Positions 12,843-22,716 of a stretch of DNA of 62,810 nucleotides are shown piece after piece. Both the position numbers and the translations under genes were made by a program. Numbering within the stretch: the first letter of the stretch is position 1; each line of letters opens with the position of its first letter. The notes below the pieces were generated by a model, which saw only the letters and a list, made by a program, of their open reading frames with translations, did no database searches and was not told the DNA's origin. Origin of the DNA: Rhizophagus irregularis (Eukaryota); NCBI RefSeq assembly GCF_026210795.1, contig NC_089430.1:6076001-6138810 (forward strand), written 5' to 3'.

Positions 12843-13369
12843 ATGGAAGATTATAATGATATTGACACTAAAGCTCTGGCATATGCCCAGAGACGTGAAG
12901 AAAGATGCTTAGGCAAAGTTAGTCCTAATACGTATTTATGGTCATGTAAAAAGGGTCATCAATGGGAGGCACCATATAAAAATATGAAACAGAATTATAG
13001 ATGGTGCAACATTTGCCCAAATGTACCAGAAAGAATATGCCGGTATATATTTGAGGATTTATTGCATAAAAAATTTCCTCTCTGAAAATCTAAATTCTTG
13101 GAGGGATTACATCTAGATGGATATAATGAAGAGCTAGGCTTGGCTTTTGAATATAGCGGTAATCAGCACTATCAAATCGTCCCTTTTTTTCACTCGCAAT
13201 GCAAGGGCAGATGGATCTAGATGCACAAATCTGGTGTGATTGGAAAAAGAAAGCGTTATGCTATCGGGAAGGAGTAATCCTTATTACAATCCCTTACTGT
13301 GTAGTAGACTTAGAAACTTTTATAAGGAGCGCTTTATACGCATTCGGTTATCTCCCAATACCCACCTAG
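12843..13369 (+). pseudogene. Zinc-ribbon + PD-(D/E)xK/Vsr-like endonuclease
   Basis: WSCKKGHQW...WCNIC, then after TGA at 13083 LHLDGYNEELGLAFEYSGNQHY, a frameshift near 13200, and D..KK..C..EGVILITIPY ending TAG at 13369. Confidence 0.75.
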
Positions 13370-14532
13370 GAGGTAACATGGACTCTTCCTTAATATGCAT
13401 CAATTGTTCTCTCACGAAAGGGCGTTGGGGTCCTGATTCATCTAAATAATATAAAATAGGCATTGGAGAATTCTTTCCAACAACAATTCTCTGAATCTTA
13501 TGCAGGCTGGGAGACCATTATATCAGATCTGTTATTCTGCGTCGTTCGAAAGGATCATTTTCCTACTCTCCAGAAGTGAGCAAAAATCGGATAGTAGTAC
13601 CCTTTGGTAGTTGTAGTTCATCAACACCTATTGGGCGATTATATTTTACTGATGGTTTGGAATATATCTGCTCAAGTTTTGTGGCGTCATTAGGACTCAT
13701 CCCAATCAATCGAGTTGGCTATCATTCATATTATCAACAATTTTTCTTGCAAACCGCTCACATTCTCTACAGCGCTTGCCAGTAGGTAGGAGAAACTCTA
13801 TTGAATACTGATTTTTAAAAACTCTATATTCAAATAATCCAGCATAACGATCGATCATTGCGAAACTTGTATGCCTGAAACGTGCTATAATTCTTTGGAT
13901 CTCAACGCCATGTTCATCCATTAATAAAGTCACGTATCCCATAAACTTAGTGCCCTTATCACATTGCAATTTTCGAGGCCAGTTAAGAGGTTTATCAGGA
14001 TTATCATATATACTCTTAAATGCTTCTGCAACTTCCTCACTGCTCTTTGATGTTAAAAAAATGAAATCTTTATATCTAGTCGCGCAGTCTATAACCAATA
14101 GTGCATAGTAATATATTGGGCCATCATTATCTAGTAAATTTGTATCCACATTTTCATCATATGGTATTTCGATTAAATCACATTGGTGCACAGTATTTGG
14201 CTTCGTGATTTTAAAGTAACTGGCATAAGGTATATGCTTTGGTAAAAGACGAAAAATTTGATACATTGCTTGGCCCTCAAGCCATTTTTTTACATTAATA
14301 AATGGAAAGCTGTAGCCAGCTTTTTTACAAGCATCCCACAATCCCTTAACATTTTGATACAGACCTTCAGGACGATAATATAGTTTTTGCAAGGCAAGAT
14401 GCTGGTCTAAATTATGAGCTTTTTGGGATCGATATTAATCGTAGGTATTTGTTTTGCTATGATTTGATCTAGCTCTCGCGCTTTTTGAGGATCGATATAA
14501 ATAACCGGTCTTTCGGCTTGGCGCTCTCCCAT
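13320..14532 (-). pseudogene. Retroviral-type (rve) DDE integrase of the Polinton/adintovirus class
   Basis: QKLYY..EG, HQCDLIE, LLVIDCATRY, LQCDKGTKF. After a frameshift near 13715: RLIGMSP, RRRITDLIWS, YYL...RPFVREQL...LPP, ending TAA at 13320. Confidence 0.85.
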
Positions 14533-14663
14533 TCCAATTTTTATAATTACGAAAAAAAGCTAACATCTATAAAGTCAGATTCTATTTATTAGCTAGGGCA
14601 CTTTTTTCCTTGCGGTTAACAAAAATATGTTTCTTGAATAAGTATCCTAGCTTTTCAAAAACT

Positions 14664-15455
14664 ATGGAGTATTACGAGCTATGCAAATTAGACGAAACTG
14701 TACCTTCGAAAAAACAGAATCCATTTGCTCCCAAACTTCCATTTAGACTAGGAGTTGCGGGCACCTCTGAGTCAGGAAAGACAAAGATGGTAGTACATCA
14801 GCTCCTAGGAAGTAAATATCCAAAAGTATATCTATGGATGTCTGGTGAAAAACGTGGTCATAAAATACCAAAAGGCGGAAGCAAAAATTTTGGTGAAAGA
14901 TATATTCCGTGTGATGATCTAATTGTTGTTGCGCAACACCAAGATGAAGAGCTATGGGAAGTAGTATAATATTTTTATGAATTTATAGCCATGGATAAGC
15001 AAGCTCCATGGTATGAAAATGTGAGATTCAAGCTAATCGCACCTGAAGATCTACCTGATATTTCATCTTTCAAAAGAACTTGCCGATCTACTATTATAGT
15101 CTTTGATGATCTTGCTGGGGAACCTTTGGCAACTCAGCTAAAAATTGTTCCTTTTTTTAGATCAGGCAGACATGAAGGAATTAGCTCAATTTATATTGCC
15201 CAGTGTTTCTATGAAATCCATTAAAATATACGCGGAAATTTTAAATATATTTCGTTGCATCATGGATGTGAAACATTAGATAGTATAAAACGAATTTTTA
15301 AAGATATGTATGATGATTATGAGCTTCTAGCAAAAAAAGTTTATGAAGTGATAAAAAAACATTTCATAATTATTGATATCCAAAAACCATCTAATGACCC
15401 CTTATCAATTAGATTTAGATGGGACAAACCTTTAAAGAATTGGCAAAATGATTGA
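14664..15455 (+). pseudogene. A32-like (FtsK-HerA superfamily) DNA packaging ATPase with two in-frame stops
   Basis: PFRLGVAGTSESGKT (Walker A), IIVFDDL (Walker B), FRSGRHEGISSIYIAQ (A32 arginine-finger motif), IRGN. ORFs 14610-14969, 14991-15224 and 15255-15455 share one frame. Confidence 0.88.
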
Positions 15456-15481
15456 ATTCGGGATGATTTGTGCTTTGTGGC

Positions 15482-15637
15482 AGGACCCCGGATATCTAAT
15501 ATAAAGGTCATAATGGACTTTTGGCCAAAAACACCCCTTTTTGCTGAAACTCAAAAAACGATTTTTTGAGCCCTGAAAAATGGGCCAATCTGCCGAAAGT
15601 GTGACTTATGACCTGTTTTGGAGATATCCGGGGTCCT
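15482..15637. mobile_element. 156-bp MITE, TIR AGGACCCCGGATATCT, 8-bp TSD
   Basis: Perfect 16-bp TIR; TSD tttgtggc at 15474-15481 and 15638-15645. A longer relative is at 52201-52496. Confidence 0.93.
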
Positions 15638-15646
15638 TTTGTGGCT

Positions 15647-16819
15647 TCATCCATATCCATAAGGTAAAGTTTCATAGGGGGTAGTCCTGTCTTTTGGTTC
15701 TTCTGTGTATTGGATTGGAAACCCATAACTCTTATTTCTATAGTCTGGATAAAAAATTTCTTTCTTTTTGGTTGGATGAAAAAATCGCCTGTATATATGC
15801 CATATAATTAATATTACTGTGAAGGCAAGAATAACAAAGAAGAATATAAGCGGGATTATTTTCTGATCATTAACTAAAGTATTACTATTACCTCCTAACG
15901 CAATAACAGGTATAGCTGGAATACTATCATAATCTTCTTTTCCATCAGGTTCGCGCTCTGAGTAGTGTGAAGAAAAATGGGGTATCTCTTCTACTACTTC
16001 ATCATGCTTATAATCATTAGATGATGAGACTGGGTCCGCTTCTGCACTACCTATTTTTGAATCATGAATTATCTAATGTGGTTGCGAAACAATCTGATCT
16101 AGTTCATCTTTCAGATTACTTACCCTGGACCTGAGACAGAAAATTAACCCATCCTTAAATGATAAATTTTGCGTAACTTTCTCCAGTTCATTTTCTAATT
16201 CCTTTGCTTTAATCTTAAGAGAGAGATTGCTATACAACTGGTTAGTATTGGAATTCTTTAATAAAACTTTCCGTATAGCTTGTTCCAACTCAGCCTCCAG
16301 TTCATTTATTTTAGTTCCAAGAGAGATGATATCAGAATCCTTTAAAGATGAATCTTTTTGTATCAAAAATATTATACTTTTCAGTGATTTGACCGTAGAC
16401 TTTAGCGATTCTATTTCTTTTAACTGCTTGGCATTAAGATTGGCATGAGACTTTTGTTCGCAAGTAATTTGGGAAACAAGCTTATTATTCAAACCATTTA
16501 GTTGATTAGCTAGAGAGATCATTTGATTCATAGATTTTTGCATACGCACATTTTCTTCATAGGAGTGGTCTAGATCATTTTGTATACTCTCATTTTCTTC
16601 ATAAGAGGCGTCCAAGGCGCTTTGCATACACTTATTTTTTTTATCTAAGGCATGATATTTAGCTATAAGCTGTTTAGCAGATCTTATAAACTTTTCACGA
16701 TCTTTTTTTAGCTGTTCTTCAAGTTCTAATCGGCTTGGTAGATATCGATTGGATGGAGGGCTTCCAAGTTTACTGCTATTACTATTACCTACATCGTTTA
16801 AAGTGTAGATTCGAGGCAT
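15647..16819 (-). pseudogene. Long coiled-coil protein with C-terminal transmembrane helix (390 codons, one internal TAG)
   Basis: ORF 16073-16819 continues in frame past TAG to TGA at 15647, giving IIPLIFFFVILAFTVILIIW followed by HIYRR and a Tyr-rich tail. Confidence 0.7.
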
Positions 16820-17088
16820 AGTTTTTTATCCCGCAAATATAGACAAAAAAAAAAATAAAAACATTTTTCGAAATAATATGCTCTTCTTATATTTCTAAAA
16901 TGATACATTTATCCTAATTATCCCAATAAATCTTTTCGAATTAATATATTTATCCTATTTATTCTATTAAATTATTTTTGAAATATCATAAAAACTACGC
17001 TTATCTTATTTATCACAAAGAATACATTTTTTCTAGTCATCCTATTTAATATTTTTTGAAATATTTTATCTGAAAAAAATACATCATC

Positions 17089-17559
17089 GTGATTATGGTT
17101 AGACAGCGTATAAATTGTAATGTGCCTTTATTTTCAACAGCTGATTACGATTTTATTATGCAACGTGAAAATAAAAGGCCGAGAAAGAAAGTTTTAGATG
17201 AATTGATGGACAAATATAAGACATCAATGAAGCACATATATCAGATTTGGAGAGGCGAAGAAGCTAATAGAATTGCCTGGAATCAACCAATAGCTGATAT
17301 TTCTAATACTACATATGCGGGTGGGTGTTTACCTATAGTAAACTACGACCCACCTCCTGCTATTTCCTCTTCACCTGCCTTACCACTAAAGAAAAATAGC
17401 CGAAAAAAGAAAACAGGTAAAATAAGTGTAGCATCTACTGAGACGGAAACAGAGGTGCTTTCACAGCGCAGTGCTAATACCACTGATAATACTGATAATA
17501 TATCTAAAATGGGATCTGAACTTGAAGAGGTATTAAAACAAATGGATAATATTAAATAA
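17089..17559 (+). CDS. Small basic protein with possible helix-turn-helix
   Basis: Uninterrupted 156-aa ORF. LDELMDKYKTSMKHIYQIWRG resembles an HTH; there is an NLS-like KKNSRKKK. Confidence 0.55.
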   Translation: MIMVRQRINCNVPLFSTADYDFIMQRENKRPRKKVLDELMDKYKTSMKHIYQIWRGEEANRIAWNQPIADISNTTYAGGCLPIVNYDPPPAISSSPALPLKKNSRKKKTGKISVASTETETEVLSQRSANTTDNTDNISKMGSELEEVLKQMDNIK

Positions 17560-17643
17560 CTTACTTCTTTTCAGCAAGTATTTTTATAGCACTTATTGCC
17601 TTACCAAGCCACTCTTCAGCTTTTGCAAGACGTTTTTCAAGCT

Positions 17644-18290
17644 TTACACACTTTTTTTTAAGTCCTCCTCACTATTTGGGCTAGAGGAGTTGGTAGATGC
17701 TTGGTCCTGATCTTCTTTTAGCAGATCTTCAACTTCTGAAGCTTTGCTAAAAGTTGGGATAATGTAAGCTTTCCCATGTAACTTCATTCAGAATTGATTT
17801 TTATTTGGGTCAAGGACACCTTGAACTTTCCTAATCCATGTCATACCTAAACATAACATTGGTTCGGGTTCTCCATTATCAATACGAATAAAATTTCCAG
17901 TAGCTGTGACAGTTTTACTATCCTTATCCTTTATACTGATTGGTACATCAGTAAACCATCCCAATGAATCGGTAATGTGTTTGGAATTACCTTTTATTGC
18001 GAAGTCTGATGGCTTATCAGCTTTCTACCCAAGGGCATTAATTGTTGCATCATTCACTCCCCTGAATTCACTCGCACTATCTAAAAAAGAATTAGAGATC
18101 ATTAAATCATCTATTTTAACATTCAGATATTGTAATGATGAAAACCACTCATCTGATATTGATTCTTTCTTTTGAACTGTATGAGACTGACACATTTTTC
18201 GCATTGCCGGTGAAAGTTTTGGAAATAATTCATCATATGTTTTTGGCTAACTGGACTCTAGAAGTAACTTATCATTTAGTGGTAGTTGTT
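17644..18290 (-). pseudogene. Retropepsin-like aspartic protease in the -1 frame relative to gag
   Basis: Hand translation gives YLNVKIDD...SFLDSASEFRGVN...SLGWFTDVPISI...MLCLGMTWIRKVQGVLD. It has three in-frame stops and is not in the supplied ORF track. Confidence 0.8.
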
Positions 18291-20735
18291 TTTTTTTTCA
18301 GATGTATAATACCACGCATTTTCTACTTTATCATAACCATCTTCCTCATTATCTGAATCTGGAGGCGTATATTGGGGCTGTGTAGATGGAAGTTGAGGAT
18401 AGTAACATTGAGTAAAATTGGATTTAGCTACAGGATTTAACCTTGGGCAATTGTTTTTCTTATGCCCTTCCTGTCCGCAATTACTGCAATAAAAAGGCTT
18501 TCGAGATTGATCATTAAGTGATATCCTACCAAACTTAGATGTCATTTGACCAATTTCATCTATTTTTGACTCTAATCTATCGATTCTAGATGATTGCAAC
18601 TTTTCTGGCTTTTGCGGTTTAGGAGGTGGCCCATAAGCTTTTGCGACTACTCTCATTATTTCTTTCCTAGTAAGTGTATCGGGGAAAGGATTAGCGCTTT
18701 CATATGTATCAAGAAGCTGTTCCATATTTTTAGGAGGAACTGGTGGAGGTATCTTTTTAGTTTGCTGGACCATTTGTGATTGGAAATCGGCTTTTTGTTT
18801 TTCTAATAAAGACTGGTATTCAGTTTTTTGCTGTGCTAATGCATTCTGGATTGCTTTTTGCATATCTTCGAAAGATATTCCATGCTGTTGTGAGGCTAAA
18901 ATAGGTGAAGGTTCATATATTTGCTGAGATGTTCGATTAGATACTAGCAGATCAGATGTTCTATCTCTTTTATGTCTAACTATTTAGCGTAATTCTATCT
19001 CATAAAGCTTTTTAGCTAATTCATCTAATGGCAAATGTTCACCAATATCTTCAGCTTTTTCAAGCCATAAAAGTGGTAAAGCATCTAAGAACTTTCTACG
19101 TAATTCTTCAGGTCTATAGTTGGCTCGTCTACCTATTCGTAATATTTTTCTATATAATTCATCTATAGTCATGTCTCCCTTTCTGATTGTTCCATACATC
19201 AAATCCTGAAGTTCCTCTTCTACTGTAGGGAAATGAGTTTTTAGCCACCATACGGCTTGACAAAATCGAATACCAGCTACAACTACTGTATTTCCAGTAT
19301 TAGCATTTGGTGCATTTACAGGATCATTAGTAGGACAGCCACCTGCTATACGCCAGTATTCATTCCAAGCATCTTCTACAGCTTTTAACTTGACTATTGC
19401 ATTTCCTGGTTAGCCAACAGCCTCATTTAATGCATTAGCTCCTATCTGTACTGCAGTTCGCCCATTTACTGCAACTAAGTTAGCCTGCCCTATATTATCG
19501 AGTAAGTTAGTTAGCTCCCAATTCTGCTTTGTAGTAATCTCATCATCGAACCATTCTAAAGTCCTTCCTCTCATACAGGCTCTTAAATGTCCTATTGCAT
19601 TATCTCTTCCTGTTGGAGGATCTGCTACATTATCATTTGGATCTATTCCCTGATTCTGCAAGTCTAGTCTAAGTTGTGCAAGAAAGTCTGGGATACTATT
19701 ATCCCAGTCGAAATATAAATGAGGTATTCCTGCCATGTTTACTTGATTAGGTGGATTATTCTGAAGTGCCAAAATTTGTCCCTGTAAATTTAAATTATTT
19801 TGGCGCTCTGCTTGGATCTTATTTTTCCATTTCTCATATCGTTCATAGAGCCTATCTCGATTAAATTCTAACAGACCTATATCCCCTCTACTTTGCTGTA
19901 AGTGGTAGGCATTTCGCTGATACAATAATTGTAAGGCAAATTTTTCTTGTACCAGCACACCTATACGGGCTTATTTTCTTGCCATATTACCTATCATTCT
20001 ATTTACCTTGTTTTGAGTATTAATTTGATATTGATGGAGATCACCAATAACATTAGTTATCCTACCTTCAGCAAGTTGCCTTCGTATAATTTCATTATCA
20101 CATTCAGCTTCTGTATCATAACGCCTTCGTTGCTCACAGACTAAATCCTGATGCAAATTATTTTCTTTTTGGCGTATCTGCCTTGTAGCTCTTTTTATTT
20201 GGTCTATAAGAATATCTCTAGTTGTTGCTCTATTATCCACATAACCATCTATAGCATTTGCTAGCTCTGTGATTGTGGCCATATTATCATTAAAATTATA
20301 CAAGTCTGAAGAATTCTCTTGTTCAGACGAATTTTTTCGTAATAAGATGCTTCTGATCTGGCATCGCAATTTCTTAACTTGTTCCTCAGATTCTACTAAC
20401 TGCTCTTCTAAACTAGAAATATATTTTCCCTTATCTCGCACATATTTCCTAGTTTAATATAGCTGACTTTTTAGGGTAAAGATTTCAGATTTTAACTCTA
20501 CTATCTCTTCTTTCGAAGCATTTTTAAGGCGCTCTATCTCCTTATTGAGATCTTGAATTTCTTGCTCACATCGGGTATAATCCTGTTCTAGTTGATTAAT
20601 TTGTCTCTCATTCTGGCGATTAGTATTAACTTTTATCTGCAATTCACTATGAAGATGATAGTTCTCTTCTTCCAGCTCAGCTTTATGTTCTTCACATGTT
20701 CTTTTCTGCCTTGGGTGAGATCTGTGAAATGACAT
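18276..20735 (-). pseudogene. Gag-like polyprotein (coiled coil, Ty3/Gypsy-like capsid, CCHC zinc knuckle), ~820 codons with four in-frame TAA
   Basis: Five supplied ORFs are all in one frame. Capsid-like LRACMRGRTLEWFD, WLKTHFP and GDMTIDELYRKI...RRKFLDALP; knuckle CSNCGQEGHKKNNC. Confidence 0.82.
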
Positions 20736-21043
20736 TCTTTTTTTGTGATTATAAAAGAGAATGGGAGAACCCCTTGGATCAATTTATATTAATCTTCAGA
20801 AAGCACATGATCTTAACCGGGATCTGGGTTAAGGACTAATCTGAAAAATTTGGCAGGTGATACATGAAATGTATAGCGACTTCAACCAATTTTACTAGGC
20901 GATCATCATGTATGCAGATTATTTAGCATAAAAAATAAAGAATAAGTTATACATTGCACCTTTGCATTGGCTAAATAATATTAATTTTCAGTTAAAAGCA
21001 ATAGTCTATAATGTAGAATATTTCTCAGAATCAGTCAAGTCAG

Positions 21044-21736
21044 TTAGACAATCATGATTAATGTTCCATCCCTCAATCTCAACGCAGTGCCTTTTGGCTG
21101 TTTTGCATATTGAGACGAAATAAATATTTTGCCTGTATCACTTTTGCAATTTGATGACTGATAAGAAGTTGGTGGAATCATTTCTTGGTTACCAGAGGTA
21201 ACAGAAATACAAGCTGGCTCGAATTTTGGAGCACTTGGCATAATATTTTCTGCTATAGTTGCTTTAGCTGAAAGGTAAGTTTCATAGCTGACTGAACGAA
21301 TATCATAATCATATGATACCGATGCCAACTTATCCTTTTCTGAGTCTGAGGTAGATTGGGAAAAAAGCTCTAGACGGAGACGATTAATTTTAGCCTCTTC
21401 TTGTAATATGTATTGTTTATATTGCCAGATCTGAAATTCCCTTATATCAATAGATTTGAGAATTTCATTTCTTCTTGCATATTCATTCAAAATAGTATTT
21501 CCAGAAATACATCTCTTCAAGTGGTTATCTCCATAGCGATCCTCAAAAAGACTATTTGCAGGTGTGAAAACTAAGGAGTTACATACACTGCAATATATAT
21601 AATTGGTTGGACGATTATGAATCCTATCATCTACATATAGCTTTCCATACATTGTAATATATCCATTCTTAGAAAGGATTCTTGGATTCTCTTCTAGTAT
21701 TTTTCTAAATGGATTACGAATACGAGAGCACCACAT
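21044..21736 (-). CDS. Hypothetical protein with CxxC...H...C putative zinc finger
   Basis: 230-aa open ORF with YCSVCNSLVF...NHLKRC, directly upstream of and co-oriented with gag. Confidence 0.5.
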   Translation of the reverse strand: MWCSRIRNPFRKILEENPRILSKNGYITMYGKLYVDDRIHNRPTNYIYCSVCNSLVFTPANSLFEDRYGDNHLKRCISGNTILNEYARRNEILKSIDIREFQIWQYKQYILQEEAKINRLRLELFSQSTSDSEKDKLASVSYDYDIRSVSYETYLSAKATIAENIMPSAPKFEPACISVTSGNQEMIPPTSYQSSNCKSDTGKIFISSQYAKQPKGTALRLRDGTLIMIV

Positions 21737-22716
21737 TTCTGGTGTTTCATGATCATGTCTTTCTGCTAAAGAGATTATAGCAACAATAATTCTTATATAT
21801 TCTTCAGAGCATCCGACACTATTGTGTCATGAATTAACTTAGAATAGGCTTTACTATCTAAATCCATATTAGCGTTTTAGTAGATTATAACAGAATATAA
21901 CGATTTTATTGATTTATACTGTTTTTAGCGATTTTAGCCAATTTAGCAATAGTATACTCTAATAAATATCAGATTCATTTTTATTCGATTATAAGCATAC
22001 TGAGGATTTATATAGGGCCATATCTCGACTATGCTAATTTTATATTTACATGCATATGCACAACGCCTTGGCTAAATCGGTTTGTGGTACAACGTATATC
22101 ATATCACAGTATCACCCTAACTCCCTGCCAGTTCCTCGATAGTTCTAGGAGAGTTCCAGGAGCTGGCGAGTTTCTATAAATCACGAGATGATCAGTCAAT
22201 CAGATTTCGATTGATTTATACATTTATTTCTAGATATGAATCGAATTTTTAGTTATATGAAATCATTAAGTTCTTAAGGGTCATAAATTTAAAAATCAAT
22301 AGTCTGATATAGACAAAGCTTTATTATTTTTTTTTATTGATACAGAGCATTTATAAAAAGAAATCCACTGACCGATCGGACAGTGAATAGAAAAATAAAA
22401 ATGACTTCATGGAGACCCCGCATATGAAGTGTGGTCGGAGACATGACATGCAAAAATTAATGCTAATCTTATGTCGCACAGTCCGGCACTGTGCAATTGA
22501 TCTGGCAATTTGTTTTGAAATCACGTGCACGGGACAATTCCAATACAGATATACACATACACGCACACTGGTTAAAAATAGGTGATCTGTTTAGCGAAAC
22601 TTTATAATTTTATTAAGCAATTTTGAATAATATAAACTTAGTTACATGGTAATATGCTAAAAAAAATGCCAATTATTTCACCAACTAATGTTATTTATAT
22701 ATATAAATTATTATCA

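Larger units (their letters stand above)
11451..22350. mobile_element. Decayed virus-like element: Polinton/adintovirus-type integrase + A32-like ATPase combined with gag-pro (right boundary approximate)
   Basis: AGTAG-starting palindromic terminus at 11451 that cuts a host frame. Densely packed, intronless, abutting or overlapping ORFs on both strands. No right terminus or TSD found. Confidence 0.7.

Noticed and set aside
17561..21000. Ordinary LTR retrotransposon
   Set aside because: No LTR pair, PBS, RT or RNase H found; the nearby integrase is Polinton-type and separated by other genes. A deleted nested retroelement is not fully excluded.
21800..22600. Right terminus of the virus-like element
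   Set aside because: No reverse complement of AGTAGATAGATTAAG and no gtgttt TSD seen; only a weak inverted repeat at ~22119-22172.
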